From the human T2T-CHM13v2.0 reference genome, Homo sapiens, in NCBI RefSeq assembly GCF_009914755.1, contig NC_060925.1: a stretch of 64,000 bases of DNA, one strand, 5' to 3'. The notes under the pieces were generated by a model. That model did not search any database and was not told the DNA's origin. It saw only the letters and a program-made list of their open reading frames with translations. The translations under genes were made by a program, and so were the position numbers. Positions 41,148 to 53,830 of the stretch are shown here, in pieces. The first letter of the stretch is position 1; each line of letters opens with the position of its first letter.

Positions 41148-44100
41148 TTCATAGAGCAGTTAGTAAACACTCTGTTTATAAAGTCTGCAAGTGGATATTC
41201 AGACCCTTTGAGGCCTTCGTTGGAAACGGGATTTCTTCATATTATGCTAGACAGAAGAATTCTCAGTAACTTCCTTGTGTTGTGTTTATTCAACTCACGG
41301 AGTTGAATGATCCTTTACACAGAGCAGACTTGAAACACTCTTTTTGTGGAATTTGCAAGTGGAGATTTCAGCCGCTTTGAGGTCAATGGTAGAAAAGTAA
41401 ATATCTTCGTATAAAGACTAGACAGAATGATTCTCAGAAACTCCTTAGTGATGTGTGCGTTCAACTCACAGAGTTTAACCTTTCTGTTCATAGAGCAGTT
41501 AGGAAACACTCTGTTTGTAAAGTGTGCAAGTGGATATTCAGACCTCCTTGAGGCCTTCGTTGGAAACGGGATTTCTTCATATTCTGCTAGACAGAAGAAT
41601 TCTCAGTAACTTCCTTGTGTTGTGTGTATTCAACTGACAGAGTTGAACTTTCTTTTAGAGAGAGCAGATTTGAAACACTGTTTTTGTGGAATTTGCAAGT
41701 GGAGATTTCAAGCGCTTTGGGGCCAAAGGCAGAAAAGGAAATATCTTCGTATAAAAACTAGACAGAATCATTCTCAGAAACTGCTGCGTGATGTGTGCGT
41801 TCAACTCTCAGAGTTTAACTTTTCTTTTCATTCAGCGGTTTGGAAACACTCTGTTTGTAAAGTCTGCACGTGGAAATTTTGACCACTTAGAGGCCTTCGT
41901 TGGAAACGGGTTTTTTTCATGTAAGGCTAGACAGAAGAATTCCCAGTAACTTCCTTGTGTTGTGTGCATTCAACTCACAGAGTTCAACGTTCCCTTAGAC
42001 AGAGCAGATTTGAAACACTCTATTTGTGCAATTTGCAAGTGTAGATTTCAAGCGCTTTAAGGTCAACGGCAGAAAAGGAAATATCTTCGTTTCAAAACTA
42101 GACAGAATCATTCCCACAAACTGCGTTGTGATGTGTTCGTTCAACTCACAGAGTTTAACCTTTCTGTTCATAGAGCAGTTAGGAAACACTCTGTTTGTAA
42201 AGTCTGCAAGTGGATATTCTGACATCTTGTGGCCTTCGTTGGAAACGGGATTTCTTCATATTCTGCTAGACAGAAGAATTCTCAGTAACTTCCTTGTGTT
42301 GTGTGTATTCAACTCACAGAGTTGAACGATCCTTTACACAGAGCAGACTTGAAACACTCTTTTTGTGGAATTTGCAAGTGGAGATTTCAGCCGCTTTGAG
42401 GTCAATGGTAGAAAAGGAAACTATCTTCATATAAAGACTAGACAGAATGATTCTCAGAAAATCTTTTGTGATGTGTGCGTTCAACTCACAGAGTTTAACT
42501 TTTCTTCTCATATAGCAGTTAGGAAACACTCTGTTTGTAAAGTCTGCAAGTGGATATTCAGACCTCTTTGAGGCCTTCGTTGGAAACGGGATTTCTTCAT
42601 ATTATGCTAGACAGAATAATTCTCAGTAACTTCCTTGTGTTGTGTGTATTCAACTCACAGAGTTGAAGGATCCTTTACAGAGAGCAGGCTTGAAACACTC
42701 TTTTTGTCGAATTTGCAAGTGGAGATTTCAGCCGCTTTGAGGTCAATGGTAGAATAGGAAATATCTTCTTATAGAAACTAGACAGAATGATTCTCATAAA
42801 CTCCTTTGTGATGTGTGCGTTCAACTCACAGAGTTTAACCTTTCTTTTCATAGAGCAGTTAGGAAACACTCTGTTTGAAAAGTCTGCAAGTGGATATTCA
42901 GACCTCCTTGAGGCCTTCGTTGGAAACGGGATTTCTTCATATTCTGCTAGACAGAAGAATTCTCAGTAACTTCCTTGTGTTGTGTGTATTCAACTCACAG
43001 AGTTGAACGATCCTTTACACAGAGCAGACTTGAAACACTCTTTTTGTGGAATTTGCAAGTGGAGATTTCAGCCGCTTTGAGGTCAATAGTAAAAAAGGAA
43101 ATATCTTCGTAGAAAAACTAGACAGAATGATTCTCAGAAACTCCTTTGTGATGTGTGTGTTCAACTCACAGAGTTTAACCTTTCTTTTCATAGAGCAGTT
43201 AGTAAACACTCTGTTTATAAAGTCTGCAAGTGGATATTCAGACCCCTTTGAGGCCTTCGTTGGAAACGGGATTTCTTCATATTCTGCTAGACAGAAGAAT
43301 TCTCAGTAACTTCCTTGTGTTGTGTGTATTCAACTGACAGAGTTGAACTTTCATTTAGAGAGAGCAGATTTGAAACACTGTTTTTGTGGAATTTCAAGTG
43401 GAGATTTCAAGCGCTTTGGGGCCAAAGGCAGAAAAGGAAATATCTTCGTATAAAAACTAGACAGAATCATTCTCAGAAACTGCTGCGTGATGTGTGCGTT
43501 CAACTCTCAGAGTTTAACTTTTCTTTTCATTCAGCAGTTTGGAAACACTCTGTTTGTAAAGTCTGCACGTGGATATTTTGACCACTTAGAGGCCTTCGTT
43601 GGAAACGGGTTTTTTTCATGTAAGGCTAGACAGAAGAATTCCCAGTAACTTCCTTGTGTTGGGTGCATTCAACTCACAGAGTTGAACGTTCCCTTAGACA
43701 GAGCAGATTTGAAACAGCCTATTTGTGCAATTTGCAAGTGTAGATTTCAAGCGCTTTAAGGTCAACGGCAGGAAAGGAAATATCTTCCTTTCAAAACTAG
43801 ACAGAATCATTCCCACAAACTGCGTTGTGATGTGTTCGTTCAACTCACAGAGTTTAACCTTCCTGTTCATAGAGCAGTTAGGAAACACTCTGTTTGTAAA
43901 GTCAGTAAGTGGATATTCTGACATCTTGTGGCCTTTGTTGGAAACGGGATTTCTTCATATTCTGCTAGACAGAAGAATTCTCAGTAACTTCCTTGTGTTG
44001 TGTGTATTCAGCTCACAGAGTTGAACGATCCTTTACACAGAGCAGACTTGAAACACTCTTTTTGTGGAATTTGCAAGTGGAGATTTCAGCCGCTTTGAGG

Positions 44101-47100
44101 TCAATGGTAGAAAAGGAAACTATCTTCATATAAAGACTAGACAGAATGATTCTCAGAAAATCTTTTGTGATGTGTGCGTTCAACTCACAGAGTTTAACTT
44201 TTCTTTTCATAGAGCAGTTAGGAAACACTCTGTTTGTAAAGTCTGCAAGTGGATATTCAGACCTCTTTGAGGCCTTCGTTGGAAACGGGATTTCTACATA
44301 TTCTGCTAGACAGAAGAATTCTCAGTAACTTCCTTGTGTTGTGTGTATTCAACTCACAGAGTTGAATGATCCTTTACACAGAGCAGACTTGAAACACTCT
44401 TTTTGTGGAATTTGCAAGTGGAGATTTCAGCCGCTTTGAGGTCAATAGTAGAAAAGGAAATATCTTCGTAGAAAAACTAGACAGAATGATTCTCAGAAAC
44501 TCCTTTGTGATGTGTGTGTTCAACTCACAGAGTTTAACCTTTCTTTTCCTAGAGCAGTTAGTAAACACTCTGTTTAAAAAGTCTGCAAGTGGATATTCAG
44601 ACCCCTTTGAGGCCTTCGTTGGAAACGGGATTTCTTCATATTATGGTAGACAGAAGAATTCTCAGTAACTTCCTTGTGTTGTTTGTATTCAACTGACAGA
44701 GTTGAACTTTCATTTAGAGAGAGCAGATTTGAAACACTGTTTTTGTGGAATTTGCAAGTGGAGATTTCAAGCGCTTTGGGGCCAAAGGCAGAAAAGGAAA
44801 TATCTTCGTATAAAAACTAGACAGAATCATTCTCAGAAACTGCTGCGTGATGTGTGCGTTCAACTCTCAGAGTTTAACTTTTCTTTTCATTCAGCGGTTT
44901 GGAAACACTCTGTTTGTAAAAACTGCACGTGGATATTTTGACCACTTAGAGGCCTTCGTTGGAAACGGGTTTTTTTTCATGTAAGGCTAGACAGAAGAAT
45001 TCCCAGTAACTTCCTTGTGTTGTGTGCATTCAACTCACAGAGTTGAACGTTCCCTTAGACAGAGCAGATTTGAAACACTCTATTTGTGCAATTTGCAAGT
45101 GTAGATTTCAAGCGCTTTAAGGTCAATGGCAGAAAAGAAAATATCTTCGTTTCAAAACTAGACAGAATCATTCCCACAAACTGCGTTGTGATGTGTTCGT
45201 TCAACTCACAGAGTTTAACCTTTCTGTTCATAGAGCAGTTAGGAAACACTCTGTAAAGTCTGTAAGTGGATATTCTGACATCTTGTGGCCTTCGTTGGAA
45301 ACGGGATTTCTTCATATTCTGCTAGACAGAAGAATTCTCAGTAACTTCCTTGTGTTGTGTGTATTCAACACACAGAGTTGAACGATCCTTTACACAGAGC
45401 AGACTTGAAACACTCTTTTTGTGGAATTTGCAAGTGGAGATTTCAGCCGCTTTGATGTCAATGGTAGAAAAGGAAATATCTTCGTATAAAGACTAGACAG
45501 AATGATTCTCAGAAACTCTTTTGTGATGTGTGCGTTCAACTCACAGAGTTTAACTTTTCTTCTCATAGAGCAGTTAGGAAACACTCTGTTTGTAAAGTGT
45601 GCAAGTGGATATTCAGACCTCTTTGAGGCCTTCGTTGGAAACGGGATTTCTTCATATTATGCTAGACAGAATAATTCTCAGTAACTTCCTTGTGTTGTGT
45701 GTATTCAACTCACAGAGTTGAAGGATCCTTTACAGAGAGCAGGCTTGAAACACTCTTTTTGTCGAATTTGCAAGTGGAGATTTCAGCCGCTTTGAGGTCA
45801 ATGGTAGAATAGGAAATATCTTCCTATAGAAACTAGACAGAACGATTCTCAGAAACTCCTTTGTGATGTGTGCGTTCAACTCACAGAGTTTAACCTTTCT
45901 TTTCATAGAGCAGTTAGGAAACACTCTGTTTGTAAAGTCTGCAAGTGGATATTCAGACCTCTTTGAGGCCTTCGTTGGAAACGGGATTTCTTCATATTCT
46001 GCTAGACAGAAGAATTCTCAGTAACTTCCTTGTGTTGTGTGTATTCAACTCACAGAGTTGAACGATCCTTTACACAGAGCAGACTTGAAACACTCTTTTT
46101 GTGGAATTTGCAAGTGGAGATTTCAGCCGCTTTGAGGTCCATAGTAGAAAAGGAAATATCTTCGTAGAAAAACTAGACAGAATGATTCTCAGAAACTCCT
46201 TTGTGATGTGTGTGTTCAACTCACAGAGTTTAACGTTTCTTTTCATATAGCAGTTAGTAAACACTCTGTTTATAAAGTCTGCAAGTGGATATTCAGACCC
46301 GTTTGAGGCCTTCGTTGGAAACGGGATTTCTTCATATTATGCTAGACAAAAGAGTTCTCAGTAACTTCCTTGTGTTGTGTGTATTCAACTGACAGAGTTG
46401 AACTTTCATTTAGAGAGAGCAGATTTGAAACACTGTTTTTGTGGAATTTGCAAGTGGAGATTTCAAGCGCTTTGGGGCCAAAGGCAGAAAAGGAAATATC
46501 TTCGTATAAAAACTAGACAGAATCATTCTCAGAAACTGCTGCGTGATGTGTGCGTTCAACTCTCAGAGTTTAACTTTTCTTTTCATTCAGCGGTTTGGAA
46601 ACACTCTGTTTGTAAAGTCTGCACGTGGATATTTTGACCACTTAGAGGCCTTCGTTGGAAACGGGTTTTTTTCATGTAAGCCTAGACAGAAGAATTCCCA
46701 GTAACTTCCTTGTGTTGTGTGCATTCAACTCACAGAGTTGAACGTTCCCTTAGACAGAGCAGATTTGAAACACTCTATTTGTGCAATTTGCAAGTGTAGA
46801 TTTCAAGCGCTTTAAGGTCAATGGCAGAAAAGGAAATATCTTCGTTTCAAAACTAGACAGAATCATTCCCACAAACTGCGTTGTGATGTGTTCGTTCAAC
46901 TCACAGAGTTTAACCTTTCTGTTCATAGAGCAGTTAGGAAACACTCTGTTTGTAAAGTCTGTAAGTGGATATTCTGACATCTTGTGGCCTTCGTTGGAAA
47001 CGGGATTTCTTCATATTCTGCTAGACAGAAGAATTCTCAGTAACTTCCTTGTGTTGTGTGTATTCAACTCACAGAGTTGAACGATCCTTTACACAGAGCA

Positions 47101-50100
47101 GACTTGAAACACTCTTTTTGTGGAATTTGCAAGTGGAGATTTCAGCCGCTTTGAGGTCAATGGTAGAAAAGGAAACTATCTTCATATAAAGACTAGACAG
47201 AATGATTCTCAGAAAATCTTTTGTGATGTGTGCGTTCAACTCACAGAGTTTAACTTTTCTTCTCATAGAGCAGTTAGGAAACACTCTGTTTGTAAAGTCT
47301 GCAAGTGGATATTCAGACCTCTTTGAGGCCTTCGTTGGAAACGGGATTTCTTCAAATTATGCTAGACAGAATAATTCTCAGTAACTTCCTTGTGTTGTGT
47401 GTATTCAACTCACAGAGTTGAAGGATCCTTTACAGAGAGCAGGCTTGAAACACTCTTTTTGTCGAATTTGCAAGTGGAGATTTCAGCCGCTTTGAGGTCA
47501 ATGGTAGAATAGGAAATATCTTCTTATAGAAACTAGACAGAATGATTCTCATAAACTCCTTTGTGATGTGTGCGTTCAACTCACAGAGTTTAACCTTTCT
47601 TTTCATAGAGTAGTTAGGAAACACTCTGTTTGTAAAGTCTGCAAGTGGATATTCAGACCTCCTTGAGGCCTTCGTTGGAAACGGGATTTCTTCATATTCT
47701 GCTAGACAGAAGAATTCTCAGTAACTTCCTTGTGTTGTGTTTATTCAACTCACAGAGTTGAATGATCCTTTACACAGAGCAGACTTGAAACACTCTTTTT
47801 GTGGAATTCGCAAGTGGAGATTTCAGCCGCTTTGAGGTCAATGGTAGAAAAGTAAATATCTTCGTATAAAGACTAGACAGAATGATTCTCAGAAACTCCT
47901 TTGTGATGTGTGCGTTCAACTCACAGAGTTTAACCTTTCTGTTCATAGAGCAGTTAGGAAACACTCTGTTTGTATAGTCTGCAAGTGGATATTCAGACCT
48001 CCTTGAGGCCTTCGTTGGAAACGGGATTTCTTCATATTCTGCTAGACAGAAGAATTCTCAGTAACTTCCTTGTGTTGTGTGTATTCAACTCACAGAGTTG
48101 AACGATCCTTTACACAGAGCAGACTTGAAACACTCTTTTTGTGGAATTTGCAAGTGGAGATTTCAGCCGCTTTGAGGTCAATGGTAGAAAAGGAAATATC
48201 TTCGTATAAAGACTAGACAGAATGATTCTCAGAAACTCCTTTGTGATGTGTGCGTTCAACTCACAGAGTTTAACTTTTCTTTTCATAGAGCAGTTAGGAA
48301 ACACTCTGTTTGTAAAGTCTGCAAGTGGATATTCAGACCTCTTTGAGGCCTTCGTTGGAAACGGGATTTCTTCATATTCTGCTAGACAGAAGAATTCTCA
48401 GTAACTTCCTTGTGTTGTGTGTATTCAACTCACAGAGTTGAACGATCCTTTACACAGAGCAGACTTGAAACACTCTTTTTGTGGAATTTGCAAGTGGAGA
48501 TTTCAGCCGCTTTGAGGTCAATAGTAGAAAAGGAAATATCTTCGTAGAAAAACTAGACAGAATGATTCTCAGAAACTCCTTTGTGATGTGTGTGTTCAAC
48601 TCACAGAGTTTAACCTTTCTTTTCATAGAGCAGTTAGTAAACACTCTGTTTATAAAGTCTGCAAGTGGATATTCAGACCCCTTTGAGGCCTTCGTTGGAA
48701 ACGGGATTTCTTCATATTATGCTAGACAGAAGAATTCTCAGTAACTTCCTTGTGTTGTGTGTATTCAACTGACAGAGTTGAACTTTCATTTAGAGAGAGC
48801 AGATTTGAAACACTGTTTTTGTGGAATTTGCAAGTGGAGATTTCAAGCGCTTTGGGGCCAAAGGCAGAAAAGGAAATATCTTCGTATAAAAACTAGACAG
48901 AATCATTCTCAGAAACTGCTGCGTGATGTGTGCGTTCAACTCTCAGAGTTTAACTTTTCTTTTCATTCAGCGGTTTGGAAACACTCTGTTTGTAAAGTCT
49001 GCACGTGGATATTTTGACCACTTAGAGGCCTTCGTTGGAAACGGGTTTTTTTCATGTAAGCCTAGACAGAAGAATTCCCAGTAACTTCCTTGTGTTGTGT
49101 GCATTCAACTCACAGAGTTGAACGTTCCCTTAGACAGAGCAGATTTGAAACACTCTATTTGTGCAATTTGCAAGTGTAGATTTCAAGCGCTTTAAGGTCA
49201 ATGGCAGAAAAGGAAATATCTTCGTTTCAAAACTAGACAGAATCATTCCCACAAACTGCGTTGTGATGTGTTCGTTCAACTCACAGAGTTTAACCTTTCT
49301 GTTCATAGAGCAGTTAGGAAACACTCTGTTTGTAAAGTCTGTAAGTGGATATTCTGACATCTTGTGGCCTTCGTTGGAAACGGGATTTCTTCATATTCTG
49401 CTAGACAGAAGAATTCTCAGTAACTTCCTTGTGTTGTGTGTATTCAACTCACAGAGTTGAACGATCCTTTACACAGAGCAGACTTGAAACACTCTTTTTG
49501 TGGAATTTGCAAGTGGAGATTTCAGCCGCTTTGAGGTCAATGGTAGAAAAGGAAACTATCTTCATATAAAGACTAGACAGAATGATTCTCAGAAAATCTT
49601 TTGTGATGTGTGCGTTCAACTCACAGAGTTTAACTTTTCTTCTCATAGAGCAGTTAGGAAACACTCTGTTTGTAAAGTCTGCAAGTGGATATTCAGACCT
49701 CTTTGAGACCTTCGTTGGAAACGGGATTTCTTCAAATTATGCTAGACAGAATAATTCTCAGTAACTTCCTTGTGTTGTGTGTATTCAACTCACAGAGTTG
49801 AAGGATCCTTTACAGAGAGCAGGCTTGAAACACTCTTTTTGTCGAATTTGCAAGTGGAGATTTCAGCCGCTTTGAGGTCAATGGTAGAATAGGAAATATC
49901 TTCTTATAGAAACTAGACAGAATGATTCTCATAAACTCCTTTGTGATGTGTGCGTTCAACTCACAGAGTTTAACCTTTCTTTTCATAGAGCAGTTAGGAA
50001 ACACTCTGTTTGTAAAGTCTGCAAGTGGATATTCAGACCTCCTTGAGGCCTTCGTTGGAAACGGGATTTCTTCATATTCTGCTAGACAGAAGAATTCTCA

Positions 50101-50354
50101 GTAACTTCCTTGTGTTGTGTGTATTCAACTCACAGAGTTGAATGATCCTTTACACAGAGCAGACTTGAAACACTCTTTTTGTGGAATTTGCAAGTGGAGA
50201 TTTCAGCCGCTTTGAGGTCAATGGTAGAAAAGTAAATATCTTCGTATAAAGACTAGACAGAATGATTCTCAGAAACTCCTTTGTGATGTGTGCGTTCAAC
50301 TCACAGAGTTTAACCTTTCTGTTCATAGAGCAGTTAGGAAACACTCTGTTTGTA
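41148..50354 (+). repeat. ~9.2-kb direct repeat, copy 2
   Basis: ORF track offsets are identical: 30408/41622, 32101/43315, 33841/45055, 35163/46377, 37543/48757. Identity breaks at ~50355 (TGTATAGT vs TGTAAAGT). Confidence 0.92.
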
Positions 50355-53300
50355 TAGTCTGCAAGTGGATATTCAGACCTCCTTGAGGCCTTCGTTGGAA
50401 ACGGGATTTCTTCATATTCTGCTAGACAGAAGAATTCTCAGTAACTTCCTTGTGTTGTGTGTATTCAACTCACAGAGTTGAACGATCCTTTACACAGAGC
50501 AGACTTGAAACACTCTTTTTGTGGAATTTGCAAGTGGAGATTTCAGCCGCTTTGAGGTCAATGGTAGAAAAGGAAATATCTTCGTATAAAGACTAGACAG
50601 AATGATTCTCAGAAACTCCTTTGTGATGTGTGCGTTCAACTCACAGAGTTTAACTTTTCTTTTCATAGAGCAGTTAGGAAACACTCTGTTTGTAAAGTCT
50701 GCAAGTGGATATTCAGACCTCTTTGAGGCCTTCGTTGGAAACGGGATTTCTTCATATTCTGCTAGACAGAAGAATTCTCAGTAACTTCCTTGTGTTGTGT
50801 GTATTCAACTCACAGAGTTGAACGATCCTTTACACAGAGCAGACTTGAAACACTCTTTTTGTGGAATTTGCAAGTGGAGATTTCAGCCGCTTTGAGGTCA
50901 ATAGTAGAAAAGGAAATATCTTCGTAGAAAAACTAGACAGAATGATTCTCAGAAACTCCTTTGTGATGTGTGTGTTCAACTCACAGAGTTTAACCTTTCT
51001 TTTCATAGAGCAGTTAGTAAACACTCTGTTTATAAAGTCTGCAAGTGGATATTCAGACCCCTTTGAGGCCTTCGTTGGAAACGGGATTTCTTCATATTCT
51101 GCTAGACAGAAGAATTCTCAGTAACTTCCTTGTGTTGTGTGTATTCAACTCACAGAGTTGAACGATCCTTTACACAGAGCAGACTTGAAACACTCTTTTT
51201 GTGGAATTTGCAAGTGGAGATTTCAGCCGCTTTGAGGTCAATAGTAGAAAAGGAAATATCTTCGTAGAAAAACTAGACAGAATGATTCTCAGAAACTCCT
51301 TTGTGATGTGTGTGTTCAACTCACAGAGTTTAACCTTTCTTTTCATAGAGCAGTTAGTAAACACTCTGTTTATAAAGTCTGCAAGTGGATATTCAGACCC
51401 CTTTGAGGCCTTCGTTGGAAACGGGATTTCTTCATATTATGCTAGACAGAAGAATTCTCAGTAACTTCCTTGTGTTGTGTGTATTCAACTGACAGAGTTG
51501 AACTTTCATTTAGAGAGAGCAGATTTGAAACACTGTTTTTGTGGAATTTGCAAGTGGAGATTTCAAGCGCTTTGGGGCCAAAGGCAGAAAAGGAAATATC
51601 TTCGTATAAAAACTAGACAGAATCATTCTCAGAAACTGCTGCGTGATGTGTGCGTTCAACTCTCAGAGTTTAACTTTTCTTTTCATTCAGCGGTTTGGAA
51701 ACACTCTGTTTGTAAAGTCTGCACGTGGATATTTTGACCACTTAGAGGCCTTCGTTGGAAACGGGTTTTTTTCATGTAAGCCTAGACAGAAGAATTCCCA
51801 GTAACTTCCTTGTGTTGTGTGCATTCAACTCACAGAGTTGAACGTTCCCTTAGACAGAGCAGATTTGAAACACTCTATTTGTGCAATTTGCAAGTGTAGA
51901 TTTCAAGCGCTTTAAGGTCAATGGCAGAAAAGGAAATATCTTCGTTTCAAAACTAGACAGAATCATTCCCACAAACTGCGTTGTGATGTGTTCGTTCAAC
52001 TCACAGAGTTTAACCTTTCTGTTCATAGAGCAGTTAGGAAACACTCTGTTTGTAAAGTCTGTAAGTGGATATTCTGACATCTTGTGGCCTTCGTTGGAAA
52101 CGGGATTTCTTCATATTCTGCTAGACAGAAGAATTCTCAGTAACTTCCTTGTGTTGTGTGTATTCAACTCACAGAGTTGAACGATCCTTTACACAGAGCA
52201 GACTTGAAACACTCTTTTTGTGGAATTTGCAAGTGGAGATTTCAGCCGCTTTGAGGTCAATGGTAGAAAAGGAAACTATCTTCATATAAAGACTAGACAG
52301 AATGATTCTCAGAAAATCTTTTGTGATGTGTGCGTTCAACTCACAGAGTTTAACTTTTCTTCTCATAGAGCAGTTAGGAAACACTCTGTTTGTAAAGTCT
52401 GCAAGTGGATATTCAGACCTCTTTGAGGCCTTCGTTGGAAACGGGATTTCTTCAAATTATGCTAGACAGAATAATTCTCAGTAACTTCCTTGTGTTGTGT
52501 GTATTCAACTCACAGAGTTGAAGGATCCTTTACAGAGAGCAGGCTTGAAACACTCTTTTTGTCGAATTTGCAAGTGGAGATTTCAGCCGCTTTGAGGTCA
52601 ATGGTAGAATAGGAAATATCTTCTTATAGAAACTAGACAGAATGATTCTCATAAACTCCTTTGTGATGTGTGCGTTCAACTCACAGAGTTTAACCTTTCT
52701 TTTCATAGAGCAGTTAGGAAACACTCTGTTTGTAAAGTCTGCAAGTGGATATTCAGACCTCCTTGAGGCCTTCGTTGGAAACGGGATTTCTTCATATTCT
52801 GCTAGACAGAAGAATTCTCAGTAACTTCCTTGTGTTGTGTTTATTCAACTCACAGAGTTGAATGATCCTTTACACAGAGCAGACTTGAAACACTCTTTTT
52901 GTGGAATTTGCAAGTGGAGATTTCAGCCGCTTTGAGGTCAATGGTAGAAAAGTAAATATCTTCGTATAAAGACTAGACAGAATGATTCTCAGAAACTCCT
53001 TTGTGATGTGTGCGTTCAACTCACAGAGTTTAACCTTTCTGTTCATAGAGCAGTTAGGAAACACTCTGTTTGTATAGTCTGCAAGTGGATATTCAGACCT
53101 CCTTGAGGCCTTCGTTGGAAACGGGATTTCTTCATATTCTGCTAGACAGAAGAATTCTCAGTAACTTCCTTGTGTTGTGTGTATTCAACTCACAGAGTTG
53201 AACGATCCTTTACACAGAGCAGACTTGAAACACTCTTTTTGTGGAATTTGCAAGTGGAGATTTCAGCCGCTTTGAGGTCAATGGTAGAAAAGGAAATATC

Positions 53301-53830
53301 TTCGTATAAAGACTAGACAGAATGATTCTCAGAAACTCCTTTGTGATGTGTGCGTTCAACTCACAGAGTTTAACTTTTCTTTTCATAGAGCAGTTAGGAA
53401 ACACTCTGTTTGTAAAGTCTGCAAGTGGATATTCAGACCTCTTTGAGGCCTTCGTTGGAAACGGGATTTCTTCATATTCTGCTAGACAGAAGAATTCTCA
53501 GTAACTTCCTTGTGTTGTGTGTATTCAACTCACAGAGTTGAACGATCCTTTACACAGAGCAGACTTGAAACACTCTTTTTGTGGAATTTGCAAGTGGAGA
53601 TTTCAGCCGCTTTGAGGTCAATAGTAGAAAAGGAAATATCTTAGTAGAAAAACTAGACAGAATGATTCTCAGAAACTCCTTTGTGATGTGTGTGTTCAAC
53701 TCACAGAGTTTAACCTTTCTTTTCATAGAGCAGTTAGTAAACACTCTGTTCATAAAATCTGCAAGTGGATATTCAGACCCCTTTGAGGCCTTCGTTGGAA
53801 ACGGGATTTCTTCATATTATGCTAGACAGA
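46350..53830 (+). repeat. Tandem run of 14-mer-type HOR variants (2380, 2720, 2380 bp)
   Basis: D dimers at 46377, 48757, 51477, 53857. Shared markers: CATGTAAGCCTAG (46681, 49061, 51781), TTCAAATTATG and TGTATAGTCT. Confidence 0.88.
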
